Part shown: one piece after another, positions 8,076-16,328 of the stretch
How positions within the stretch are numbered: position 1 is the stretch's first letter
Layout: the number at the start of each line of letters is the position of its first letter
Assembly: GCA_046350615.1 (NCBI GenBank)
Contig: JAXMAA010000002.1
Coordinates: 21,204-85,203, forward strand
DNA: 64,000 nucleotides
Direction of reading: 5' to 3'
Source: Candidatus Saccharimonadales bacterium
GTDB lineage: Bacteria > Patescibacteriota > Saccharimonadia > Saccharimonadales > UBA7683
Translations under genes and position numbers: made by a program
The notes under the pieces: model-generated
Seen by the model: only the letters and a program-made list of their open reading frames with translations
Told to the model about the DNA's origin: nothing
Databases searched by the model: none

Positions 8076-10823
8076 ATGGTAAAACGTCTTAGCACAAAGT
8101 GCGATCACAACATCAGTACGAAACAAACGAAAAAAGGCACATCTTTGGAGCCTGATGAGACGAAGATAGATTTATCGAGCATTAACAAGCCTGATGTGAA
8201 GGGAAAAGAATCACCAAAGTTCAAAATTTCTCTTTCAAATCCGTTCAAAAAACAAGACCGTAAGCGAGATAGGCAGGGTAGATTCGCAGCTATTGGATCT
8301 GGTGGCCTGCGTTCACTACGTGGTATTAATTTGAAACGAACTCTGCCAGTTATTATTGTCGTCTCATTGGTAGGCGGGTTTTTGGTATACCAAAGTTTCG
8401 CCGCCTCAAGTGCGAGTAAGAGTGAGGTTACCGAGTGGTATCGTACCTGTTTGAATCGCGAGCCAGACTCCGGTGGACTTGATTATTGGGCTGACCAACT
8501 TGATAAAAATCCGAATGCAACATGGTCAATCGCCGATAAATTTATGAAAACAGCGAAAGTTACAAGCTGTAATTACGCAAATACACCTAAAAACACCACC
8601 AGTACAACTACTACTATACAACAGCCCGCCTCAACATCAAATTCCTCTAGTTCGTCATCTTCGTCTTCATCATCGAGCACGGGTTCGAGCTCTTCAACGG
8701 CGGCAACTAAGGTTTCTTGCTCTGCCAAAGAGATGAGTGGCAAGTATGTGCTTCAGTGGACTACCGTCACCACTCAGTGGCTCTGGAAGGTGCGCATCGC
8801 AGAAAAAGATGGCTCGGTACTGGCTCGTGATTTGGAGTTGAATCGTGATGATAAATCAAATCCGTCTAGTTGGCCTGTCCCCTATCAAAAGAGTACGAAA
8901 ACGTATAGAATAAGCGTGTATAACCCAGAGAATGGGCCAGACTCGAAAGAACAGGCTGCGGCAGAATGTACGGTAACGGTAAAAGAGGATCAACCTACAT
9001 CAACAAACGCTAGCTCTAGCTCAAATACTAAACCAGTTGAACAGGTAAACGAAGCCGATAAGGCGTGGCTTATTACCCAGTATCAAGAGATTTTGGGGCG
9101 ATCTCCAAGCAAGATTGATCCAGCAGGATTTCAATACTGGCTTAATCGTCTGAAAACCGAATCACGTGATTCAGTAAAAAAAGCACTTGCTAATACGGCC
9201 GAAGCAAAAAAATGGGCAGCACTTAATCAACAGGCTGGTTCTAGCAATAACTCTTCGAGCTCTTCATCGAGTCAGTCCAGCGGCCAAACCAGTCAGAATA
9301 CTGGTGGCAGCACTGGATCGAGTGTTGTAAATACTGACCCGGCAAATTCGGAAGATGAGGCATGGCTTCGAACCCAATACCACGAGTTGCTCTGTCGCCC
9401 AGACGATAAAATTACCCAGAATGATCTTAAATACTGGCTCGATAGACTCAGTAAAAAAGAATCACGTGATTCAGTAAAAAAAGCACTTGCAAGCACGTCG
9501 GAAGCTATTCGTTGCGCAGATTCAAAAAGCCCTGCAACCGATGAGACGTGGGTGAGGGCGCAGTACTATGATGTACTTTGTCGGCCACTGAACAAAATTG
9601 ATTCAGATGGCTTTAAATACTGGCTCGATAGATTAAAAACTGAATCACGTAGCTCTGTAAAGCAAGCAATGTTGAATACGGCAGAAGGGAAGAAGTGTGC
9701 CGAGTCAAAGAACCCTGCTAGCTCTTCCCAGTCGCAATCTCAATCACAATCCCAACAGTCTGAACAAAATACTGAACCGAACCCACATGTTTGCACATCT
9801 CCATATCCAACGCTCAAGCGCAACGACAAAAACACCTCTGCGGCTCGAAAAGACGAGTGTGTTTCAGCGGTGCAGTATAACCTCAAGAAAGGCGCAAACG
9901 ACCTTTCAGTGACGGGCACGGTTGATGATAAGACCGTGAGTGCGATTCAAAACTTCCAGAAGTTCTTTCAGCTTTCAGTAACTGGCACGCTGACCCCACA
10001 GCAGGTAGAGAGTATCGCTACTATTTGGGGTCCATATGCGAGCACAGAGGAAGATGAAGAGGCGAATACCCGAGTGAGTGGCGAGGGTAAGCTTGATATT
10101 GTATTCATGGGCGATGGCGTAAGTGACGATGCGGTGGAAAGTGCTGCATCGCGACTTGGTCCGGCTTTGTATAATTTTCCGCCGTATTCTCAGTATAAGG
10201 ATAGAATCGCTATTCATACCATTACTGAAAAGCCAGACTGTACCGACACACCGGTCGATACGTTAGATGGTCCATATAATTCGGTAAGTTGTGATGTGGC
10301 TCAGGCAGCAACAGCAAGCGGCGTCCCAGCAGATAAAGTGGTGATTATCTCAAGCAGCGTCGGGAGGGAGCATGCGGGCGGAAGTAGCATGTCTATATCT
10401 CCTTCGACATCCACTTCAACATTTTTGCACGAGATGGGACATGTAATGGGATTGGCTGATGAATATCATGGATACAGTGATGGGCAGTGGGGTGAGTACT
10501 CTCTCACGACGTACGGTCAGTGCATTACGGCGACAGAATCAAGCGATACTAATATGTTCTTTGATGGTGGTTGGAAGGACGTCGAAGGCCCGTGGTCTGC
10601 TTGGGCTAATCTTGGAGGCGTTGATTGGAATCGTGAATGTAGTGATACAAGGTGGTTAAGACCTTCAGCGGATAGTATTATGCGCAGTGGCTACGGGTTC
10701 TATAACTCTGTCTCCGAATTTATCGTAAAGAACGAACTTGATCGGGTTACGACTGGTACTGAGAGTACTTTGCCTGGTTACGGTAACACGGGGAGTGACG
10801 CTGGCGGAATATTTTCAAAGTAG
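8076..10823 (+). CDS. secreted multidomain protein: 4x DUF4214, Ser-rich linkers, PG-binding-like domain, C-terminal M64-like zinc metallopeptidase
   Basis: 915 aa with a signal anchor. DUF4214 units have the form W(L/V)xxQYxxxLxRxxxxxDxxGxxYWLxRL. A PGB-like unit is ECVSAVQYNL..TGTLTPQQV. The HEXXH motif HEMGHVMGLADEY matches the M64 (IgA-peptidase-like) signature HEfGHsfggLaDEY. Confidence 0.65.
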   Translation: MVKRLSTKCDHNISTKQTKKGTSLEPDETKIDLSSINKPDVKGKESPKFKISLSNPFKKQDRKRDRQGRFAAIGSGGLRSLRGINLKRTLPVIIVVSLVGGFLVYQSFAASSASKSEVTEWYRTCLNREPDSGGLDYWADQLDKNPNATWSIADKFMKTAKVTSCNYANTPKNTTSTTTTIQQPASTSNSSSSSSSSSSSSTGSSSSTAATKVSCSAKEMSGKYVLQWTTVTTQWLWKVRIAEKDGSVLARDLELNRDDKSNPSSWPVPYQKSTKTYRISVYNPENGPDSKEQAAAECTVTVKEDQPTSTNASSSSNTKPVEQVNEADKAWLITQYQEILGRSPSKIDPAGFQYWLNRLKTESRDSVKKALANTAEAKKWAALNQQAGSSNNSSSSSSSQSSGQTSQNTGGSTGSSVVNTDPANSEDEAWLRTQYHELLCRPDDKITQNDLKYWLDRLSKKESRDSVKKALASTSEAIRCADSKSPATDETWVRAQYYDVLCRPLNKIDSDGFKYWLDRLKTESRSSVKQAMLNTAEGKKCAESKNPASSSQSQSQSQSQQSEQNTEPNPHVCTSPYPTLKRNDKNTSAARKDECVSAVQYNLKKGANDLSVTGTVDDKTVSAIQNFQKFFQLSVTGTLTPQQVESIATIWGPYASTEEDEEANTRVSGEGKLDIVFMGDGVSDDAVESAASRLGPALYNFPPYSQYKDRIAIHTITEKPDCTDTPVDTLDGPYNSVSCDVAQAATASGVPADKVVIISSSVGREHAGGSSMSISPSTSTSTFLHEMGHVMGLADEYHGYSDGQWGEYSLTTYGQCITATESSDTNMFFDGGWKDVEGPWSAWANLGGVDWNRECSDTRWLRPSADSIMRSGYGFYNSVSEFIVKNELDRVTTGTESTLPGYGNTGSDAGGIFSK

Positions 10824-10826
10824 GAG

Positions 10827-11390
10827 ATGAATATGACACGTAAAAAAGTAGTTATACTAACAGGAACGCTCATAGTACTTACGTGTGCGGTGGTTGCAAC
10901 TGTTCTTCTCTACAATAAGCACAAGAACGATCCCGAAGATACAGCCTACAAAAATCTACAAACAGTTACAATTCCTGATGATGCCAACAAAACGCAGAAG
11001 GTGCTCCTCTTTACTTTTGAAGTAGGTAATTCTGTTGATTCGATGCAGCTAAAATCTATCGATCAATATAATTCGCATGCAGATATTCCTAACACGAGAG
11101 AGAACCAGTACAACTTTAGCGTGACTGAAGAAGGTAACCCAGTATACTTAAGCTATTTTGATATCCCAATTACAACTGTTGAGGATTTCTCAGAACAAGG
11201 AAAAATTAAAACAGTTGACATTGTCAAAGAGAAGAAACTAGCCTTTAAAACCCCGAGATTTACTGATGGGGCGGTGTTTACGATACGGAATAAAACAGGC
11301 AAGGTGTTGGTGCGTGACACCATTAAAAACGTGGCTACTCACGAAAATAAAACTCAGTTCAATACGCTTATTGCCGACCCGCGTTTGTAA
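10827..11390 (+). CDS. hypothetical membrane-anchored protein
   Basis: 187 aa with an N-terminal TM helix. It starts 4 nt after the stop of the peptidase gene, so it is probably co-transcribed. Confidence 0.5.
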   Translation: MNMTRKKVVILTGTLIVLTCAVVATVLLYNKHKNDPEDTAYKNLQTVTIPDDANKTQKVLLFTFEVGNSVDSMQLKSIDQYNSHADIPNTRENQYNFSVTEEGNPVYLSYFDIPITTVEDFSEQGKIKTVDIVKEKKLAFKTPRFTDGAVFTIRNKTGKVLVRDTIKNVATHENKTQFNTLIADPRL

Positions 11391-11554
11391 AACTATTCTC
11401 CACTATTCTTTTTACGAGAGTAGCGGTACGCTACTATACTCATTGCAAGCACGGAGACTGCTATGCAGATAACAGTGAGCTTTGTTGAAAGAGTATGAAC
11501 TGGGGTGTGATGTGCGAATAGTTGTATCATAACAATCAGTATACATCGAGACAC

Positions 11555-11581
11555 AAAAAGAGGTCAAAAAGACCTCTTTTT
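11555..11581. terminator. bidirectional intrinsic terminator
   Basis: AAAAAGAGGTC aaaaa GACCTCTTTTT lies between convergent genes. Confidence 0.75.
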
Positions 11582-11599
11582 GTATGAATAGTATTTAAA

Positions 11600-11914
11600 C
11601 TACCATTCGCGCTGACGGAATGAGCCGCCATTGCCGCCGCCGTTGAAATCACGACGAGGGCGATCCTCTTGAGGACGAGCTTCGTTAACCGTAAGTGTAC
11701 GGCCACCAAGATCAGATCCATTGAGGGCTTTTTCAGCTGCTTTACCTTCATCTTCGTTCTCAAATTCTACAAAGCCGAAGCCCTTAGAACGTTGAGTTTC
11801 ACGATCGGTAATAACACGAGCTGACGCAACCGTACCATGAGCAGCAAAAAGCTGTTCAAGTTCTTCACTGGTTGTGGAGAATGGTAGGCCGCCTACGAAA
11901 AGTCGATATGCCAT
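11600..11914 (-). CDS. RNA-binding protein (single RRM)
   Basis: RNP-2 LFVGGL, RNP-1 KGFGFVEF, and a Gly/Arg-rich tail. Confidence 0.9.
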   Translation of the reverse strand: MAYRLFVGGLPFSTTSEELEQLFAAHGTVASARVITDRETQRSKGFGFVEFENEDEGKAAEKALNGSDLGGRTLTVNEARPQEDRPRRDFNGGGNGGSFRQREW

Positions 11915-12063
11915 TTAGTGTATGTATCCTTTGTTTAACTACTGCAGTTCGACCATGTAACGTAACTAAGGTGCTGATGTAACCAACGAACCATACACGT
12001 ACTGACTGCTGAGCCTCAGTATAAAACAATTCAAATATTTTTGCGAGCATAAGCTCTTTGATT

Positions 12064-13455
12064 TCAAGAGTTTGACTTAGCAAGCTGTAGGCAGGCAACG
12101 CGAATCGTCTCTGACCACGATGGAAAGACATGAACGGTGCGCGCAAGCTGCGAGGCGCTCAGGTAGGTGCTCACAGCTAGGCTTAGTTGTTGAATAAGCT
12201 CGCTGGCATGCGGACTTACAATAGTTCCGCCCAGTATCACATCACTTTTTGGGTCAGCCAGTATTTTCACAAACCCATCACTAAAGTTAGCAATATTTGC
12301 CTTAGAAATAACCGAAAGCGGAACACCGACACTTTTATACGAAATGCCCTGTGCTTTGAGTACCGCTTCAGTTGGTCCAACAGCAGCAATTTCTGGCTGT
12401 ACAAAATAGGCTCGTGGTACAATGCGATCCTCAAACATAAGCCGTCGCCGAGGATGGAGTAAGTTATAGGCCACCAACTGGCTCTGGTATGTAGCTATAT
12501 GAGTAAAAGCAGTGCCAACGCAGCCACCGGCAGCATATATGTGCTGCGCACTTGTTTGCAAGAATGAGTTAGTGCGTATCTTCTCAGATTGATACTCAAC
12601 ACCGGCATTTTCAAGCCCGATATCGGTAACTGCTTGATGCGCCGTGGCAATGAGCAGTTCGTCTACTACAAGCGTTGTCTCCTTGCCTTTCTGCGAGATC
12701 TGCAGCCGTTTAGTTGCCCCAATGGCAATGATTTTAGTTGGGGTTGTCTCGAGATGAATATCTACCGAATACTGATTCGCAAGCGAGGCGCTTAGAGCTT
12801 CGGATACTTCAGGCTCTTCATGTGCAAGCAATCTTGCGGCACTCTCAATAAAATAGACCTTCGTTCCAAATGTGCCAAAGAGCTCCGCTAGTTCGTAGCT
12901 TAAAGGACTACCGCCAAGAATAGCGAGACGCTTTGGTGGCCGAGTGAGTGCAAGTGCTTCTCGGGTAGTAAGATACCCAGCAGTCGCTAAGCCAGGAATA
13001 TCTGGTATCTGTTGCTCAGATCCAGTGGCAATTAAAAATTTATCTGCACTCAGACGAGCTTTCCCAATTGTAACCATGTGCGGATCAATAAAGTGCGCTC
13101 GCCCATAAGTAAGCGTGATGCCCATGGCGCTTAAAGAATCGACCGCTCTTGGCAATCCCGCTCTACGAATTACTGTATCCTTCCATGCTTTAACGGTAGG
13201 ATAATTGTACCCAACTGTGGTGCCGCGAATACCAAACGTATCGCTATTGCGTGCTATACGGTACGCAGTTGCGGCCTCCAGAAGGGCACTCGTTGGTAAT
13301 CGTCCGCTTCTTGCATCGCTGCCCCCAAACTCTTCAGCCTCGATTATCGCTACTTTTTTACCCACTTTCGCGAGTTGCTGGGCAGCAATAATACCGCCGG
13401 CACCACTCCCGATGACAATCAGATCATAATCGTACGAAGCCATATTGGTCCTCAT
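12064..13455 (-). CDS. class I pyridine nucleotide-disulfide oxidoreductase homolog (dihydrolipoyl dehydrogenase-like) lacking the redox CXXXXC
   Basis: FAD site DLIVIGSGAGG and NAD site LAILGGSPLSYELA are present. The C-terminal dimerisation region has H..E (HVFPSWSE). The expected GGTCLNxGCIPSK reads GGSDARSGRLPTS. ATG 13443 is an alternative start. Confidence 0.7.
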   Translation of the reverse strand: MRTNMASYDYDLIVIGSGAGGIIAAQQLAKVGKKVAIIEAEEFGGSDARSGRLPTSALLEAATAYRIARNSDTFGIRGTTVGYNYPTVKAWKDTVIRRAGLPRAVDSLSAMGITLTYGRAHFIDPHMVTIGKARLSADKFLIATGSEQQIPDIPGLATAGYLTTREALALTRPPKRLAILGGSPLSYELAELFGTFGTKVYFIESAARLLAHEEPEVSEALSASLANQYSVDIHLETTPTKIIAIGATKRLQISQKGKETTLVVDELLIATAHQAVTDIGLENAGVEYQSEKIRTNSFLQTSAQHIYAAGGCVGTAFTHIATYQSQLVAYNLLHPRRRLMFEDRIVPRAYFVQPEIAAVGPTEAVLKAQGISYKSVGVPLSVISKANIANFSDGFVKILADPKSDVILGGTIVSPHASELIQQLSLAVSTYLSASQLARTVHVFPSWSETIRVACLQLAKSNS

Positions 13456-13804
13456 GTACTTCGTATTCTTTCACCGGTAGATAGGCATATGCAGCTCTGG
13501 GGTTGTATTTATGAAGTGCTGCAGCGGCCCTCCTCTTAATATCCGCACTTGTGACTTCTTCTTTGTTGATTAACCAAGTTTCAACCTCTCTGCATACTTT
13601 AAGTGCAGTCAGCTCTGCTTCGCCAGCAAACCCAAATGCTTTCATACAGGCTTCATGGATACTCTCCGCTAATATATGGGGCTCAAAACCACTTGTGTGA
13701 GTTGCAGAAACAACCCGCTTTGTACTTGCTCTATCAGCAAAAGCATCGTGCCAGTGGGTCGAGAATAATGGTGTCTGTTTTGGGGTTCGTTTTATGTGAA
13801 ACAT
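13424..13804 (-). CDS. small hypothetical protein, ATP-cone-like (tentative)
   Basis: 126 aa. Its C-terminal half (..EVTSADIKRRAAAALHKYNPRAAYAY..) resembles the end of ATP-cone domains. It overlaps the downstream gene by about 30 nt. Confidence 0.35.
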   Translation of the reverse strand: MFHIKRTPKQTPLFSTHWHDAFADRASTKRVVSATHTSGFEPHILAESIHEACMKAFGFAGEAELTALKVCREVETWLINKEEVTSADIKRRAAAALHKYNPRAAYAYLPVKEYEVHEDQYGFVRL

Positions 13805-13951
13805 ACATCTTGTTTATGCTTAATACTACTATACGCTCTCAAGATCTCGATAGCAAATATTGCGGCCTGATAAAACTACCCAAGCCGCTAGCTTATTGGT
13901 GTGTCATCTTGTGCCTTTCGAAAGATCTGGCCAATCGGTTGCATATGCGCT

Positions 13952-13999
13952 AGATCCTTCCTTCTTCGCTGGAGCTACGGTGGACAGGCTCAGGGTGAC
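13952..13999 (-). repeat. long variant of the GTCAYCC...GGATC repeat
   Basis: The reverse complement is GTCACCCTGAGCCTGTCCACCGTAGCTCCAGCGAAGAAGGAAGGATCT. Its core is similar to 24670-24737. Confidence 0.6.
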
Positions 14000-14031
14000 A
14001 AGTGAGATAATGATTTACATATAAAACTATA

Positions 14032-14060
14032 TTGACAAATAATAAAGCTTATGCTAATAT
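14032..14060 (+). promoter_or_regulatory. near-consensus promoter TTGACA-17 nt-TGcTAATAT
   Basis: TTGACA at 14032-14037, a 17-nt spacer, and TAATAT at 14055-14060 with a TG extension. Confidence 0.65.
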
Positions 14061-14119
14061 GAGAGTGTTGTTTAAAAATAAACAGCAAAATAAAAACTAA
14101 AGAGGAGTGCCTACCCAAT

Positions 14120-14215
14120 ATGAGTAAGCCAAAAAAGATTGTAGTGAAGTACATCGAGAGCAAAGCCTCGATTAATACACTTACATCATCAAAACTCACT
14201 AGTGTAACAGAGTAA
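14120..14215 (+). CDS. 31-codon small ORF (MSKPKKIVVKYIESKASINTLTSSKLTSVTE); could instead be a non-coding RNA
   Basis: It lies between the promoter at 14032 and the terminator at 14231. AGAGGAG sits 12 nt upstream of the ATG, which is a long spacing. It is below the ORF-track length cutoff. Confidence 0.35.
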   Translation: MSKPKKIVVKYIESKASINTLTSSKLTSVTE

Positions 14216-14230
14216 AATCTGTTATCATTA

Positions 14231-14267
14231 AGATCGCATTTCGGCCCAGCCAATCTGCGATCTTTTT
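14231..14267 (+). terminator. intrinsic terminator
   Basis: AGATCGCA ...17 nt... TGCGATCT followed by TTTT. Confidence 0.6.
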
Positions 14268-14335
14268 GTTGAGAGTACATCTTAATTAAGTTGGCAAGAG
14301 TCATTCTTGTTTACCACTTGTTGATTGTTCTAAAC

Positions 14336-14375
14336 CAGTTTTTCAAACCAAGACAGCGATCTGTTTGGAAAACTG
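14336..14375 (+). promoter_or_regulatory. hairpin (13-bp stem, 14-nt loop) of the tRNA-CAT upstream module
   Basis: CAGTTTTTCAAAC caagacagcgatct GTTTGGAAAACTG (12/13 paired). It lies 74 nt upstream of the tRNA. Confidence 0.6.
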
Positions 14376-14449
14376 AAAGGAAGAAGCAATGGAAAGTGGC
14401 AGCGATTCAAAATCTTGAACTTGCGAAAACTTGTAATTGATTCTGACGA

Positions 14450-14526
14450 GGCAGCGTAGCTCAGTTGGTTAGAGCGTAGGACTCATAAGCCTAAGGTCAC
14501 TGGTTCAATTCCAGTCGCTGCTACCA
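14450..14526 (+). tRNA. elongator tRNA-Met (CAT)
   Basis: GGCAGCGTAGCTCAGTTGGTTAGAGCGTAGGACTCATAAGCCTAAGGTCACTGGTTCAATTCCAGTCGCTGCTACCA. It closely resembles E. coli elongator tRNA-Met (GGCTACGTAGCTCAGTTGGTTAGAGC...GGTCAC.GGTTC). Confidence 0.85.
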
Positions 14527-14626
14527 TTTTACGTTTTGGAACCTCTGTGAAAGCGGGGGTTTTCTTTTTGCTCATGCTTGCAAAGAAGTGGCCAGATAGT
14601 AAGATGGTCAGTAAGGAGATCAGGAC

Positions 14627-15229
14627 ATGGGCTTATTCAGAAGAAGACACGCTATAGAATCAGGGGGAATTGTTAGTGATGGCCGTTCGCCTCAGCAGAT
14701 CGAACGGGATTTACTAGACGCACGTGCTCGAAGTGGTGAGTTTGAGCATTTAGAGGGAACCAAAGATTGGGCGGGTCTCTGGGAGCTTCACAGGCAAGAT
14801 ATGACGTGGTGGAGGCCAGAGCATTACTACTTTCGTAGTGCAGTAGATGGAGCCGTTCATCAAAACAAGTTGCTTCACCGAGGACCTATGGTTCGTCCGC
14901 CTCAAATGGAAGGCATAAATCATATAGATGTACCACTGGCGGTGATTCGCTCGCATCCCGATACTCCGAATGCTTTGAGTGAGTGGGGTGAAGGAAGATG
15001 GCTTGAAACCAATCCAGCGTGGCCGGAAAAGTCCGTTGATCATGCGTTGGGAAAGCTTGGTGTGCAAGCAGTCTGGGCTGAAGCTTCTGCAGATCAAACT
15101 GAAACTTTGGAAATCGTTCCAGGGCTAGTCGACGATGTGAGAATTATCGAATGCCAACCATTTGACTCTGAGCCCTTTGTGTTGAATGCGGTTCTCGTAT
15201 ACGTGAGACCAGCAGAAGTGATGGCTTAG
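14627..15229 (+). CDS. hypothetical protein
   Basis: 200 aa with an SD AAGGAG 7 nt upstream. No motif was recognised. Confidence 0.45.
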   Translation: MGLFRRRHAIESGGIVSDGRSPQQIERDLLDARARSGEFEHLEGTKDWAGLWELHRQDMTWWRPEHYYFRSAVDGAVHQNKLLHRGPMVRPPQMEGINHIDVPLAVIRSHPDTPNALSEWGEGRWLETNPAWPEKSVDHALGKLGVQAVWAEASADQTETLEIVPGLVDDVRIIECQPFDSEPFVLNAVLVYVRPAEVMA

Positions 15230-15391
15230 ACTATTCTTATTATCACTCCACTTGCTTAAATCAAACTACCGTAAACGTATTAGCATGATCGACTATCTTG
15301 GCAATAGCCATCAGTTCAGACCGTATTAAGTTCCATTTCGTTCCAACCGTAAGGACCCCGTTTTGGTGAGGCTTTTCGTTGCAGGTACCGT

Positions 15392-16105
15392 TTACAGCTG
15401 CCTGAGTGCTTCATTCCTGTGCCACTCTCTACCTCTTTTGTCGGTTCCTATTCCAAGGTAAACTTTGAGGCCATCAATACTACATAGTCTACCAACAACT
15501 AGGGGCGTTCCCCAGTTATCAACTTTAATACTCCACTTTATCCAGTTATCACCAAAGTGGTTCTTGATTACTTTTTGGAGGTCTTCGTAAGATAGCGTAG
15601 TATCGATATCTATTTGAATATGTGGTGTCCAGCTTGAAAGTGCAGGCTTTTTTCTTTCATTGAGAATTAATTCAAATAGGGGCTCACTTGGTTTCAGGAC
15701 GTTGCCGATAAACAGCCATTTTGTCGATGCGCTTTCTGTTGTTTCTTCATACAATGCATTATCGCCAAGTAGTTTTCTGATATTGATTACTTCAAGATTG
15801 AGGTCAGAGCAGTAGTAGCTGACGCCGAAGTGGTTTAATTTTACCTCGCTAGTTGACGAAAGTTCGTTGATAAATGCCTTGAACACACTAGTCTCGATTT
15901 TATTACGTAGCTTCGATTCTCTAGAGGGGACGAGTCGATCATTAAAACTTGTCTGATTGATCAGGATTTTCGTGTTTGAAATGCTGACAAGCGGGAAGCC
16001 ATCATTTTTTGGTATAACAAAATTACCATTTTCACTGTAGATTAGATCAACACCACTCTGTCTTAATATCTCGATGATGTTATATGCGTATTGTAAGGAC
16101 TGCAT
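15392..16105 (-). CDS. hypothetical protein (weak glyoxalase/VOC-like pattern)
   Basis: 237 aa. By eye it is more AT-rich than its neighbours. Short motifs (LNHFGVSYYC, HIQIDIDT) only hint at a VOC fold. Confidence 0.45.
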   Translation of the reverse strand: MQSLQYAYNIIEILRQSGVDLIYSENGNFVIPKNDGFPLVSISNTKILINQTSFNDRLVPSRESKLRNKIETSVFKAFINELSSTSEVKLNHFGVSYYCSDLNLEVINIRKLLGDNALYEETTESASTKWLFIGNVLKPSEPLFELILNERKKPALSSWTPHIQIDIDTTLSYEDLQKVIKNHFGDNWIKWSIKVDNWGTPLVVGRLCSIDGLKVYLGIGTDKRGREWHRNEALRQL

Positions 16106-16260
16106 GGTTGCATTATACGGTATGTTGGTGCGTGCCTGTTGGTCTCCGTTGCTTGTCAGCCTTTCTCAATCCAGCCAGAGCAGACGGGCGCTCATTATCA
16201 ATATTATCCGGCATAGGCGCAAGTTTGTTGCAGGACAATCCAGTGTGCTATAATAAAATT

Positions 16261-16328
16261 CTAGTATGCATGTACTAGGAAAGCATTTAGAAACACGTTC
16301 ACGCAAATCGCCATTTGGCGATTTTTTT
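16261..16328 (+). ncRNA. candidate ~70-nt small RNA
   Basis: Extended -10 TGCTATAAT at 16246-16254, hairpin CTAGTA tgcatg TACTAG at 16261-16278, and terminator AAATCGCCA tt TGGCGATTT plus a T-run at 16305-16328. No credible ORF is present. Confidence 0.35.

Noticed and set aside
8620-9800. CRISPR-like or DGR-like repeats in the 915-aa gene (Ser codon runs, CAATC(T/A/C) hexamers, 32-nt duplicate)
   Set aside because: All lie inside one ORF and encode poly-Ser/SQ linkers or paralogous DUF4214 units. No spacers, no reverse transcriptase and no A-specific mismatch pattern are present.
13990-14304. 104-aa minus-strand ORF
   Set aside because: It has a low-complexity Phe/Ile/Leu-rich product in an AT-rich spacer. 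It lies antisense to a well-formed promoter/ORF/terminator unit on the plus strand.
16084-16278. 64-aa ORF and the 141-aa ORF at 16349-16774
   Set aside because: The first spans a promoter-like spacer with no SD. The second is out of frame with, and largely overlapped by, the better-supported 16402-16893 ORF that has a strong SD.
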